DNA of 64,000 bases. It comes from Octopus vulgaris (Eukaryota). The position numbers and the translations under genes were made by a program. Positions 27,613-41,140 of the stretch are shown here, piece by piece; the stretch's first letter is position 1, and the number at the start of each line of letters is the position of its first letter. The stretch covers positions 163,990,001 through 164,054,000 of the forward strand of contig OX597816.1 in assembly GCA_951406725.2 (NCBI GenBank). Direction: 5' to 3'. The notes beneath the pieces were generated by a model. That model was not told the DNA's origin, made no database searches, and saw only the letters and a list, made by a program, of their open reading frames with translations.

Positions 27613-28226
27613 AGAATAGACGGGAATACACACATACACAGACATCTCTATATAACAGTTAGGTAATCACCCAGTATGATAGAGAGAAGAAAACGAAGCT
27701 ACGTTGGACGAATAACGTTCTTGTAATTACTAATGCACTTCAAGTCAACAAGGTGGAAACCCTACCTGGTCCTTTTCTGTGATGCACATGAAATAACAGC
27801 CAAATCGAGGTCGATTTGCATTTGTAGTGATATGGGAAAGACGATTTGGATTTAGCAGAGGATGGTCGTGAGTGGAAAATAGGTTGCTGTTTTAAGAAAA
27901 AAGTCTGGTATTGTTTAAGTTACATAATCTAGATGTGGTTTGAAGCAATATGAATAAGTGTGTGTGTGTGTGTGTGTGTTTGTATGTATATTGTGTGAAT
28001 GCTGCTGCGATATCACATAATTACGAAACAGCTGTAAACGAAAGGAATAAACATGAGTTCTTTCACTTTATTTGTCTTGTAGGTTTTATTTATATACATT
28101 CTCTCCACCATTTTAACTCCTGGACTTTCTAAGCGACGTGAAGGTTTATCCTAACCTTATGTATGTCGTATGTATGTATGTCAGCATTTGTGTGTGTGTA
28201 CGTGTCGGCGCGTGCGCGTGCATTTA

Positions 28227-28740
28227 TCTATATATATAAAACTGTAGTTGTGTGAGTGTCTGTCCCCTTCGATTTAGATTCCTAACTACTCCCACATTTT
28301 GCGGTGCAGTTTAACCAAATTCGGGTATCTTATAGTCGTGATTCATATCGAGCCCGTCTGAGTATTAGCGCGCGTCTACGATGAGTCTACGATTTTTAAA
28401 ATAATTTAACATCATTTTTTTATTCCATTTTAATGCATAATTTTTCGTGTGTCGATGGCGGCGGAGTTGGCGTCCATGGTTACACCTGCACCTGTTTGCT
28501 TCTCCCCCTTCTTCCCTCCCTCGTGAAGCTGTGGGGAAGGGAGTGTAAGGAAATCAACGTCGTAAAGCGTTGTCAAGGAGACCAGCGTTCTTTTAGAACA
28601 ACGACTTCATGGCTTGAAGACACCAAAACAGAAATGGCTAAGAAAGCCCGAATTGGCATCTATAAGGGAAGTAACTCGCTAAAAATGCTTATATAGTTAT
28701 TTCCCTTACAAACCCGAGCAACGCCGGGCGATACTGCTAG
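28227..28740 (+). mobile_element. Non-autonomous Helitron
   Basis: A|TCTATATATATAAAA 5' end, subterminal hairpin CCCG-AGCAACGC-CGGG and CTAG|T 3' end, inserted at an AT dinucleotide. Confidence 0.9.
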
Positions 28741-29374
28741 TATATATATATTATGATATATGGACTCATGCATTGGTTTCTATAACTTCCGAAAGTTGAA
28801 GTATGACCCTTTATGCTTCCTTTTTCCTGTCTCTTTCCATACCTTATTCTTTTGCTCCCTTTCTCTATGTTGTCATCTTGTTGATATATACCTTTCTCAT
28901 TTTCCATATTTTTTCCTTTCTCTCTCTCTGATGACGGAATATCCCATACTCGGGAATATCCCAGAAACGGCATTATGATTTTGAATTTCTTCCTATAATA
29001 ATATTGTAAATGGCCTTGAGATATTTGCGTTGCCTTAATGTTTGCCGTCCTGTCTAACAATCAAACGCGTGCGTGCGTGCGCGCGCGCGCGCGCGCGCGT
29101 GTGTGTGTGTGTATGTGTGTATGTGTGTGTGTATGTGTGTGTGTGTGTGTGTATAATTAATGAAAAAGACGTGGGTAAAAAAGACAAGAAAAAACAACGC
29201 GAGGACGTTTTACATGCAAAATATTAATAAGACGCTCAGAGAGGGAAAGAATAGGTGGTTGTTTTGCGTTTCAAGCGAAGCTGTTCTTCGGAAGTAGGAG
29301 ACATAGGAAAGTCCAAAAGAAAAGGAAGAAGGAGGAAAGAAATCTCCAACAGTCCACGTGAAGTTACATTTTGG

Positions 29375-29411
<37 letters not shown>

Positions 29412-29473
29412 TCACACACACACGCATACGTACGTATGTATGTATGTATATACATGTATATGTATTCATATAC

Positions 29474-29520
<47 letters not shown>

Positions 29521-29524
<4 letters not shown>

Positions 29525-30111
29525 TCAGGAAGGAAATTTTGGAATTTTACAGGAAAAATTAAATAGTCATAGACCATTTTAAGTTCAACATTAACAATAG
29601 AACGCATAATAGCATTCACCCACAGAAATAACAGCCTGTTATTTCTAGTGGGTGAATGCATATGGCCGTTCCTAATTGTTAATGTTGAACTTAAATGGTC
29701 TATACTATTTAATTTTACTGTGAAATTACAAAATTTGCCACTATTGATTAATTATGAATTTTTGGTTATATATATATTTGCTGCCGATAAATTTGGCGCG
29801 AGTGCGACGATTTGAAAATTTTAGGTCAGATATTGCCTTGGCAGGATTGGGTATGCCTCGTGTAAATATCTGTTCCGACTTGAGCTATTTCTTGCTGAAG
29901 AATCTGAGGGCTTATGGAAGATTGGCTTGATTTAATTTAATCAGGTTAGTTTACCATTAAACAGCAGATGAAACGGTATACCGTACAAGAAATTACAGGG
30001 TAAATGTTTTTTTAATTTTCTCCTGTTTACGGAATTGATCTTTATTTGCGGTAGAAGCTTTGGCTGTTATTTCTAGTGGGTGAATGGCCTATTATGGCCG
30101 TTCCTTAATTG

Positions 30112-30115
<4 letters not shown>
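29521..30115. mobile_element. Foldback element: 115-bp inverted arm + 428-bp unit + partial direct repeat (Penelope-like architecture)
   Basis: Palindrome 29521-29751 centred at 29635. CTGTTATTTCTAGTGGGTGAATG...GGCCGTTCC.TAATTGTTAAT recurs at 30064-30115. (TA)n on both sides. Confidence 0.7.
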
Positions 30116-30148
<33 letters not shown>

Positions 30149-30224
30149 TTATAATTAGACCACTAAGTGAACATTTATTTAGTGGTCATCTCTCTTATAT
30201 GTATTTTTTTTTTATTTCATTTCA

Positions 30225-30480
30225 TCTAGTTTCAGCTTACGAGCTGTGTCCATGCTGGGGCACCGCCATTCGGTGTTGCTATATGATTTTACTTCACGAA
30301 TGCCTTTTAGCAATTGACATTTGGTGCATGAGAGAGTTTGATGCAGCTGCCCTCATCTGCACCTCCTGCCGTGAAGTTGGTTCATCTGGGACACCTGACA
30401 GGAAGAGGTCTAGCTTTATTTTAAAGACATCTGCATCCACCCCAAGCAAGTCTCTCAGGTCCTTCGGGGGGATATTGAAG
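30225..30480 (-). mobile_element. CR1/L2-group LINE 3' end
   Basis: FNIPPKDLRDLLGVDADVFKIKLDLFLSGVPDEPTSRQEVQMRAAASNSL plus the same 3' tail as the 9661 copy. Confidence 0.9.
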
Positions 30481-30602
30481 TAATTTCAGAGACAGAACCA
30501 CCATCTCAATCAACATCGAAAGATTTTATACCCGACCACTCTATAAAATGTAAAAATTAAATGCTATACTAACTATATCTATACTGAATCCTGTATATAT
30601 AT

Positions 30603-30833
30603 ATTTCTTTACTACCCACAAGGGGCTAAACACAGAGGGGACAAACAAGGAGAGACAAAGGGATTAAGTCGATTATATCGACCCCAGTGCGTAACTGGTA
30701 CTTAATTTATCGACCCCGAAAGGATGAAAGGCAAAGTCGACCTCGGCGGAATTTGAACCCAGAACGTAACGGCAGACGAAATACGGCTTCGCATTTCGCC
30801 CGGCGTGCTAACGTTTCTGCCAGCCCGCCGCCT
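30603..30833 (-). mobile_element. SINE family B, full length
   Basis: Near-identical to 1398-1612 and includes the GGCGGCGGGCTGGCAGAAACG head. Confidence 0.88.
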
Positions 30834-30849
30834 TATATATATATTAATC

Positions 30850-31025
30850 ATTACTGTCTGGTCGAGCTCGCTTGGACATTATTAACCTACCATCCATCTC
30901 GGTCCTGTATTATTTGAAGGGCGTCCTCGAGAAGGCATTCAGTGTTTCTGGTAAGTTGATCCACTAAATACGTTGTGTGCTGACCACCTGCTCGAGTACG
31001 GTCATGCTTTGACATCCATAGCAGT
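30850..31025 (-). mobile_element. RTE-like LINE 3' fragment (decayed)
   Basis: LLWMSKHDRTRAG..TYLVDQLTRNTECLLEDALQIIQDRDGW resembles the RTE ORF C-terminus. Confidence 0.6.
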
Positions 31026-31504
31026 AGGTCGCTTTACAGCTCTTGTTGAGTGCAAGCTGCACTCAATGTCACTCAATGCGCAAGCACCTTTCTCTTATAA
31101 TGGCGGAAACAGGCAGATTTCCTTACAGCTGTTTCTTGGTGGGATTAGTTTTCCAAGTTATGCTTACATTCAGGTGTTAGCGTCTTTTCTAGCTTTGATT
31201 CCAGTTCTTTTTTTTTTTTTCTGATATGCGCCCAGGCTGTTGCTCCATGTCTCCGTAATCTAGCGGTTCGACAAAAACGGTCGATAGAATAAGTACGCAT
31301 ACGCATACACAAAAAATATTTCTTAGGGCAGTGCCCCACCATGGCCACAGTCTAATGACCGAAACAAGCAAAAGGATGTAAAAATAATAAATGTACAAAA
31401 TGATGAGTGAAAGAGATTATAAATGGAGTGTTGAGGTAGATTTGTAATTGATGGAATGCGGGTAGGAGAGAGAGAGAGAAATAGATGAGAAAGAAAAAGA
31501 GAGA

Positions 31505-31880
31505 ACGTTGCGATGGGACGAGGAAGGTGCGAGAGGAAACTTTCCCTGAAAAAGATGAGGGATGTTGGTAGGGCAGCTAAGCTTAGAGCTGCTTTCGCTT
31601 GCCAGACACGGTCGAATGCTTTTGCTGCTGTCAAGAGAAACAACATGCTTTCACTGAAATTCTCAAGGGTGAAGTGCCACTGGAGTGTGACGAAGGGCAG
31701 CAATTAAACGAGGAGAAGTCTGGCTCTATACAAAAACCTGAACTGGTGGATACTGTCAAGGAAGCCAACAGATTGATGCGATAAACAAGACGGTTGTTTA
31801 TGACGTGTTTTTCTTTCGCAGTTGGAGTCATTCCACCATCTCTTAAGCTGATAATGCCATTGAAATCAGCATAAAAGCCA
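31505..31880 (-). mobile_element. Jockey/I-like LINE RT fragment (highly decayed)
   Basis: HVINNRLV ... QWHFTLENFSESMLFLL(DSS)KAFDRVW ... SLIFFRESFLS. Confidence 0.65.
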
Positions 31881-32047
31881 CCGGTTCTCACTTCAGATAT
31901 ATATTGTCTTTTATCTTTTATTCGTTTCATTCATTAGACTGCGGCCATGCTGGGGCACCGTCTTGAAGATTTTTCAGTCGAACGAGTCGACCTCAGTACA
32001 TGTCTTTTAAAGCAACTTATTGAATCAGTTGCTTTTGCCGATACAAT

Positions 32048-32153
<106 letters not shown>

Positions 32154-32231
32154 CTATCATTCTCTTTTGCCGAACTTGCTTACCAACCACATGGTTCCGG
32201 GTTCTGTCGCACTGCGTGGCACCTTGGGCGA

Positions 32232-33400
32232 GTGCGCAATATCTCTCGGGTTGTGTATCCTCTGAGAGACTTTTGTGTTATGGGTGTTGTTAGCAAGGTA
32301 GGCTATCTGAACAGCATAGCATGTCTGAGAGGGTCACTATGATTAGCAATGATCCCACGATAGGGTCATGTGGGACACCAGTCATTATTTGTGTTACCTT
32401 GGAGATGACTCCGTTGGCCACCGTTGGTCCCGTAATCATTCAAACGTACTTATTCAAACACAGTTAAACACACAGTCACATATACATAACAGAATAACAC
32501 ACACAATGTCAAAGACCACCACTACTTGACCTCTATCTTTTAGAAAGTCATGTAGCCATTCTCCGAGTTGTCGAGCTATGCCAAGATTCATCATCATCAT
32601 TGTTCGACCGTGGTCGAGACAATGGAACTTACTATGTTACACCAGACTTCACGGTCCATCATATCATTACGGAGGTCCTGTTGCTGGATGTCTGTATCCC
32701 TGGATATTACATCAGGGTAGGAGCGTGTGCGCCCTCTGTAGATGGCTTCCAGAGGAAAAGAGCAGAAATTACCTCGTTTTCAGCTCTACAACAATGTCCA
32801 GCAAACTGAACTTGTCTACCTTTCACAAGAGATGATACAGGTTATAGTTTCCCATATATTTGTACTTTGGTTGGATAACGCTTCCGCGAGAGATTTTCAG
32901 CTCTCATAAGGAGGCGGGTGTAAGTTCCATCCAACCGCCTCTCAAGCTTCTTTGATAACGTCCAGGTTTCTGAGCCATATAGTAGAATTGGTTCGACTGT
33001 GGCTTTGAAGATTTTAAGTTTGTAATCTCTACTTAAGATTACGCAGCTTCTGACCTATCATACCATGGTCGACTTTATCAAAGTCTTTTGCAAAGTCGCG
33101 ATATATCACGTTCACATTGGAGTTGTTGGGTAGCTGCTTTAGCACCCAGTTGTAGTGCTGCAAAAGCTGTGTCAAGCAGCATCTACCTGGTCGAAAACCA
33201 TGCTGGGTATCAGTAAGCATGCCATTCTCTTTAAGGAATGCAATTAGTTTCCTTCGGACTATTCGTTCCATGATTTCGGAGATGTGTGAAGTCAGACATA
33301 ATATATAGACCCACAGTTTTTTAGCATCTGTTCTGCTTCCTCCTTTATTATTAGGATAGATTATTCCTTCTTTCAGTTTCCCTGCAGAGATATTTGATTC
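32232..33400 (-). mobile_element. CR1/L2-group LINE RT fragment interrupted by two insertions
   Basis: LTSHISEIMERIVR..QHGFRPGRCCLTQLL..DFAKDFDKVDHG..KLRNL | GIARQLGEWLHDFLKDRGQVVV | ANGVISKVTQIMTGVP. Confidence 0.85.
32589..33034 (-). mobile_element. RTE-like LINE 3' fragment with (ATG)n tail and 6-bp TSD
   Basis: KIFKATVEPILLYGSETWTLSKKLERRLDGTYTRLL..QFAGHC..MMDREVW; AAGATT at 32583-32588 and 33035-33040. Confidence 0.88.
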
Positions 33401-33637
33401 CTGAAACGGAATGCAATTAAGTGTTTCACCGATGATACGTTGCAATTACGCTCAAAATTCTGAGTTCCAAATAACTGCAGTGGTGAAACGTGCGTAGGGT
33501 CTAATCTATCTGTCTGTCTGTCTATCTATCTATCAACCTATCTATCTGTCCCTGTGTGTCTGACTGCCTGTCTATCTGTCTATGTGTGTTTGCGTATATA
33601 CGCGCGCGCATGCGCACACACATATATACATACATAT

Positions 33638-33683
<46 letters not shown>

Positions 33684-33738
33684 ATATATACACACACATA
33701 AACACACATACATACATTTATGTCACTCTTTATCTATG

Positions 33739-33845
<107 letters not shown>

Positions 33846-34306
33846 AAAGATAGACAAACAGACAGACAGATAATATTTTGGTTTGATTTTATTGACTTTT
33901 CCAGACTCGTACGAGTCATTCCAATAACACCTTGTGATTATATTTCGATTACCATCAATCGTATGTTCACAGCAAACATCACCAATGCTACAGCAGCAGC
34001 AACAACAATATCACCGTTACAGTAACGATAGTAACAACATCGGCAACAATAAACAATGTTCTGATCACCGCTATAACATCTTCAAACACCAATGTTAACA
34101 CGGTTACACGCAGAATTTTATTTCACAATTATTTCGCCTTACCTCAACCAATGCTATTTTCTAAGCCCGCTCTATACTGTGTACATCCATATATGTGCAT
34201 TTGCGTGTGTCTATACATAACTACACACACACATATACACACATATGTGTATATATTTACTTATGAATGTATATATGTACATACGTATATATACACAAAT
34301 ATACAC

Positions 34307-34348
<42 letters not shown>

Positions 34349-34522
34349 TTATATATATGTATATATATATATATACTTATATATATGTATATACATACAT
34401 ACATACATACATACATACATACATACATACATACAAGCATGCATACCCACATACATGTATGCATATATATATACATATATTGCATTGGCCAATTTTCTGT
34501 AAACAAAAGTATAGTCCTTAAT

Positions 34523-34564
<42 letters not shown>

Positions 34565-35142
34565 ACACATGCATGCATGTATACATATATTGCACCAGCT
34601 AAATTTCCTTGAACAAAAGTATAGTGCTCAATAAGTATGTGTATGTATGCACGTATGTATGTATGTATACATGCATGCATACATGCGCGCATATATACAC
34701 GCGCACACATTAGCATCACCAATATATGAAGTAACACATTGTTATCAATACAAGACAGTTAAAAATCCAAACAATATTTTGGTTACAGTTACGTTCCACA
34801 AGCATTCCTTGCACGAAGAGTATTTATATGAATTTCCTACCATGCGCAAAAACAGAACTGGTTCATCCTATTAAAGACCACTTAGCTGAGCTGGATAGTT
34901 TCCATCGGATGGAGAATTCAGATGCAGCCAAGAGGTTTTGGGTGTTTAGATGCATCCTTAATTTTTAGTTTGGTTGCAGTGCAGGAGATTGTAAAAAGAC
35001 TGTAAAGCTGTGGGGGAGTAGGGAAATAAAATGTGAAGGGTCTTGACGAAGACACAAGATAAAAACAAAGGAAGGAATAAATGTGCAATGTGTAATATAT
35101 CAAAATGTGTGTATATATATATGCATGTATGTATATATCATA

Positions 35143-35181
<39 letters not shown>

Positions 35182-36452
35182 CATATATCATATATAGAGA
35201 TAGATATACTTATATGTAAGTATATATATGTATGTGTGTCTGTCTGTATATTTCGTCTGTATTTGTCCTCTACCGCCTTCCGACAACTTGTGTTGGTGTG
35301 TTTACGTTCCCGTACCTTAGCAGTTGTGCGGAAGAGATCGATAGAATAAGTTCCAGGTTTTAAAATAATAAGTAATGAGGTCGATTCGTTCGACTAAAAA
35401 ACAATTCTTCAAGGCGATGCTCCAGCATGGTCACAGTTTAACGACTAAAACAATAAAAAGACCAAAGATAAGGTTTCAAGTTTTTCCTCAAACACAATAA
35501 AAATCTTCAATAAGAACCACGTTTCAGATTTTACCACTTTCAAATTTTTCTGCTACTTACCTCCTGTAATTTTCAAAAATTAATCAAATCTACGGTCAAC
35601 CTGATTAGTGCAGTTTGCCAACATGATGGATACGCCCATCGTGTCTCAAGTTATACATATGAGCTCCATGTCAAACCTGTTCAAACGTCACTGCAAGCGA
35701 GGTAATCACGCATTTAGAAACCAAAAAATGAAGGAAAGACACATCCATAACCGCATTCATCTGGGACCTAAAATACAAACATAAATAAATAAATAAATAA
35801 ATAAGAATTATTTAATATCAAGTCAAGCATCATTATGAAAGCTAATTTCTAGAAGGGAAATAAAGCAGAAAAAAAAAAGAAAAGAAAAATTACGCAATTT
35901 ATGTACCGCAGAATCTTATGAAACGCTCTTACCTAGGAAAAAACAACCACGTCAACAAATATTCTGAAAGAACCTCTTCGTATCGACGTAAAATATATGA
36001 AATATTTAGACATTTTACACAGAGAAAATATCCTCCTAATCGATAATACCATTCTTTGCGGCGCATCATTTCATTCTACTCGTCCACACATTTTTCTTTC
36101 ATTTCCAAACAATCACGGTACTTAGAACAACATTACATGATATTCTGCTCTCGTTAGCCCATTTATACTAATTTCAAGCGCAAACAGGCCACATAATAGT
36201 TTTCTAATGTAAATACCCAAACCCATTTAGATCTTTTACTAACTCGTATATAAGTGAACTTTTAGCGAGTGTGAATGTGTGTGAGAGGGATAAAAATGTG
36301 GTGCAGGGACGTATTCACAGAGAAAGAGGAGAGCTAAAATATAGACAAGCCCACAATTTCCTCCACAAAATAGCTCCCTAACATTTTGAAAAATATTTAC
36401 TCAAAGGTTACAATAACAATCAATTTATTTTAAGGGCGGTATATTAATTATT

Positions 36453-36908
36453 TCGTACTTTTTAATATTCAGATTATATTTCGTAATTTGTTTTTTTCTT
36501 TTCAATTCAAATGCATGAAAATGATGACATAATTCTGTCACATTTTTTCCTCGTTTATCACGGTAGTATGGTTCAAAAAACAAAAAGAATAAACAGTGAT
36601 AAACGAATCAGGTCCATGCATTTTGTAAATGTAACAAATGGTAATTCATTAACACATATTAGTAATTCATCACTAAGCAGTCGTACTTTTTAATATCTAG
36701 ATTATAATATTTCGTAATTTTTTTTCTTTTCAATTCAAATGCATGCAAATGGTGACATAATTCTGTCACATTTTTCCTCGTTTATCACGGTAGCATGGCT
36801 CAAAAAAACAAACAGAATAAACAGTGATAAACGAATCAGGTCCGTGCATTTTGTAAATGCAACAAATGATAATTCTTTAGCACAAATTAGTAATTCATCA
36901 CTAAGCAG
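36453..36908. repeat. Local tandem duplication, 2 x 228 bp
   Basis: TCGTACTTTTTAATAT...TCATCACTAAGCAG at 36453-36680 and 36681-36908, with scattered mismatches. Confidence 0.92.
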
Positions 36909-37427
36909 TGATGAATGAATCAGTGATAAAAGAGGCTACATGTATTAACTGAAGAGATTTGATCAAGTCCGCCTGGAAACGAGAACATAGACAGGCATCA
37001 TGGGAGACACACGCTAACCCACAAGTTTTTACAGCAGATGATCTTTCACTTGTTTCTAGTTGTTGGACTGCGGTCAAGCTGGAGCACCACCTTGAAAGGT
37101 TTTAGTCGAATTGACCCAAGTACTATATTTTTTTAAAGTTTGGTACTTACTCTATCGGTTTCATCTGAACAGACACGCGCACGCACAGTCACGCGCGCGC
37201 GCACACACACTCACATACATGCATACGCACACACACACACACACACACGTTATGTGACTATACTCTTTTATTACCAACATGTCCGAGATTGCCCCTTCTT
37301 CCATGATAAAAAAACTTCATGTTTTAAAGAAATTTCAAGAAAAAACTTACAAATATATATTTCAGTTGAAACACACACACGCACACACACACGCACGCGC
37401 ACTGTAACGTTGTTGACAACAGCATAA

Positions 37428-37679
37428 CTGATGATGATGATGATGATGATGACGATGATGAGGAGCGCATGACAATGATGACGACGAGGATGATGATGAT
37501 GATGATGACGATGATTGCTGTGCTGGAAGTGATTGGAAAATACGTGATGAAGACAATTAGGACAATACTTAATAATAATAATAATAATAATAATAGTAAT
37601 AATAATGATAATAATAATAATAATAATAATAGTAATAATAATGATAATAATAATAATAATAATAATAGTAATAATAATG

Positions 37680-37718
<39 letters not shown>

Positions 37719-37727
37719 GTAATAATG

Positions 37728-37766
<39 letters not shown>

Positions 37767-37784
37767 GTAATAATGATAATAATG

Positions 37785-37853
<69 letters not shown>

Positions 37854-37910
37854 GTAATAATGATAATAGTAATAATGATAATAATAATAGTCGTCGTCGT
37901 CGTCGTCGTT
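37428..37910. repeat. (GAT)n then long (AAT)n trinucleotide arrays with AGT/GAT interruptions
   Basis: Seen directly; the source of the poly-N and poly-I ORFs. Confidence 0.95.
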
Positions 37911-38002
37911 ACCATCGTTATATCAAAACAACAAACAACGACGAAGACTAGAGAGAAAGAATTGGGGAGCGAGGAAAAAAGAGAGAACGAAAGGTAGAAA
38001 TG

Positions 38003-38042
<40 letters not shown>

Positions 38043-38368
38043 GGATCAACGTCATAGTTCACCGTAGGTTGTCATATTATACTATATTATATTATATTAT
38101 ATTATATCATATTATATCATATATTATACTATATTATACTATATTATATTATCTGTTATGATAAGTTGTTTTGTGGGCTTTTTTTTAAACTTTTTACTAT
38201 CAGTTTTCTAGCAATTAGATAAATATTGTTCAGACACAATTTATGTTGATTAATAAACTGAGAGAGAGGGAGGGAGAGAAGGTGGGGAGAGAAAGAGAAA
38301 AGGAGAGACCATGTCAGTTTGTATGCGATTATGATATGTAGATTATGAACACGTGTGTATGTATATAT

Positions 38369-38445
<77 letters not shown>

Positions 38446-38476
38446 CATATATATATATATGCATATATATATATGC

Positions 38477-38508
<32 letters not shown>

Positions 38509-38639
38509 GCATATATATATGCATATATGCATATATATACATATATATGCATATATATATATATATATGCATATATATGCATATATATACATATATATGC
38601 ATATATACATGCATATATATATATGCATATATATATATA

Positions 38640-38680
<41 letters not shown>

Positions 38681-38744
38681 CTCTCTCCATCGTACACACA
38701 CATGCATATATGTTATATGTATGTATACATCTATAGATATCTGA

Positions 38745-38775
<31 letters not shown>

Positions 38776-38894
38776 AGTGTTTATCAGTACACAGGTATGC
38801 ATGACACAGAAGGAGACGGACAGACAGACAGACACAAAAGAAGACAAGCATAAAAAAAATGGCACGTGAGAGCAGGAGAGAAATATTAAAGCGA

Positions 38895-38946
<52 letters not shown>

Positions 38947-39153
38947 CCACAGCATATTTATGAGAAGCGAGAGAGAGAGAGAGGGAGATGGTTATTGATT
39001 ACAGTAATGCTTTCTGAGTGCATGCGTGCGTCTCGAAAGGAATTACGTTCGCCATTGATGAAAATATTGTCATAATTTGTTGTAAAGGAATAGGAAACGA
39101 AATAAAGGAGAAAAAAACATGTCGATTTTAAATGAGATGGAAACATCCATACA

Positions 39154-39198
<45 letters not shown>

Positions 39199-39336
39199 GT
39201 GTGTGTGTGTATGTATGTATATTTGTATGTATATGTATGTATGTATATGTATGTATATGTATGTATATATATGTATGTATATGTATATATATGTATGTAT
39301 ATGTATATATATATACATATATATATATACATATAT

Positions 39337-39545
39337 GGAGGCGCAATGGCCTAGTGGTTAGGGCAGCGGACTCGCGGTCGCAGGATCGCGGTTTCGATTC
39401 TCAGACCGGGCGTTGTGTGTGTTTATTGAGCGAAAACACCTAAAAGCTCTACGAGGCTCCGGCAGGGGGGTGGTGATCCCTGCTGTACTCTTTCACCACA
39501 ATGGCGGTGCCCCAGCATGGCCACAGCTCAAGAGCTGAAACTGGA
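39337..39545 (+). mobile_element. SINE family C head fused to a CR1/L2 LINE-type 3' tail
   Basis: GGAGGCGCAATGGCCTAGTGGTTAGGGCAGCGGACTCGCGG...TTTCACCACA, then ATGGCGGTGCCCCAGCATGGCCACAGCTCAAGAGCTGAAAC. Confidence 0.8.
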
Positions 39546-39635
39546 AAAACAAAACAAAAACAAAAACAAATATATGTATATATTTTATGTATATGTATAT
39601 ATATGTATATATATATATATGTATATATATATATG

Positions 39636-39666
<31 letters not shown>

Positions 39667-39935
39667 GTACATGTATATATACATGTATTTATATATATAT
39701 GTATATATGTATGTATATATGTATGTATATATATATATATATGTATATATATATGTATATATATGTATATATATGTATATATGTGTGTGGGCGCGCATGT
39801 ATTTATGTATCTGGGTATATATGTACCCATGTATATATATATATATGTATGTATGTACATACGTACGTATATATGTTTGTGTGTGTGCATATATATATTT
39901 GTGTGTGTATGTATATATATATGTATGTATATATG

Positions 39936-39968
<33 letters not shown>

Positions 39969-40429
39969 ATGTGTGTGTGTCTGTGCTTGCAGGAGTATGT
40001 ACACACGTAGATACACATTTCTATAATTTGCATTTCTTCAGAGTTGTACATACATAAACACACACATGTATATATTCATACATATCCATATATATATGTA
40101 TATTCTTATACACAAACACACACACACACATATATTTGACTAAGCTTAGTACTTCTGAACTTTGTCAAAGCAATGTATAAAATCCAACAAAACCAAATAT
40201 ACCGAAAACGACTGACACATCTCATACCTACCCACCTTCCAAACGGAACACACCTAAAACTCTACATACATGAATAAATTCTAAACAGTAACGTAATCCC
40301 AAATTTAATCAATAAAAATTTCTCCAAAACACCTCTCCATAACAACCCCCGCACAAACCCACATACCCAAGAGAGAACTCTTGTTATCTAATGATTGTCT
40401 TTAGAGATGTGACATCGATTATCGTTTGT

Positions 40430-41140
40430 TACTGAAAGAGCGCTGGTTCACACATACAAACATTTACATCCCTTGTACACGCACACATATACATACCTAT
40501 ACTCACACAGACTTGAAACGCTGTTTGATTATCTTTCTCGTATCTCCTTCTCCTCCTTGTGCACATGCGCTACATCTTTAGTTAGTATGGAAACAATTTT
40601 CGCCACGGTGATGGGTAAAATACGCGCTTCTGATGTGTTAAAATATCCAAATTTTTCGAATTTTAAAGGCTAATAACTTTTTAGTTATGGATTTATTGCG
40701 AAAATGAATTTCATTTTCATAATTAGTATACAAAACTTAATCCATGTACCAAATTTGAAAACAATTGGAACAAAATTGTAAACAGTGACGAAAACCACAA
40801 AGATCCCATTTTTGTAATACTTTTGTAGCTTTAATCCTCTACTATAATAATAACTCTTGTGTCTTTCTCCGTCACAATACATAAATGAGAAAGACAGGGA
40901 TGATAGATGAATAAGGAAGGAAGGGGTGATGGCAAACTTGGTAGTGGGATGATGGAAGTTCTGCGGTTAAAAAAACAAACAGCGTTTCAACTCTGCGTGA
41001 GTATATGTGTGTGTATGTAAAAGGGAGTCGCGTGAATGCTTTGTGTGTGTGCGCGCGGTGGAAGTGGGATGGTGAACATTGAACGCAGAAGAGAAAATCA
41101 AACAGTATATGTGTATATGTGTGTGTTAGCACAAGGGAAG
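40430..41140. mobile_element. Old DNA-transposon/MITE-like remnant with inverted repeats
   Basis: 40498-40527 is the reverse complement of 40976-41005 (28/30); internal GTACCAAATTTG motif. Confidence 0.5.

Noticed and set aside
37271-38062. 263-aa poly-Ile and 160-aa poly-Asn ORFs
   Set aside because: (AAT)n array read in different frames.
39337-39410. tRNA-like sequence (also at 12422 and 58042)
   Set aside because: Continues into a SINE body with no proper acceptor stem or terminator; these are SINE heads, not tRNA genes.
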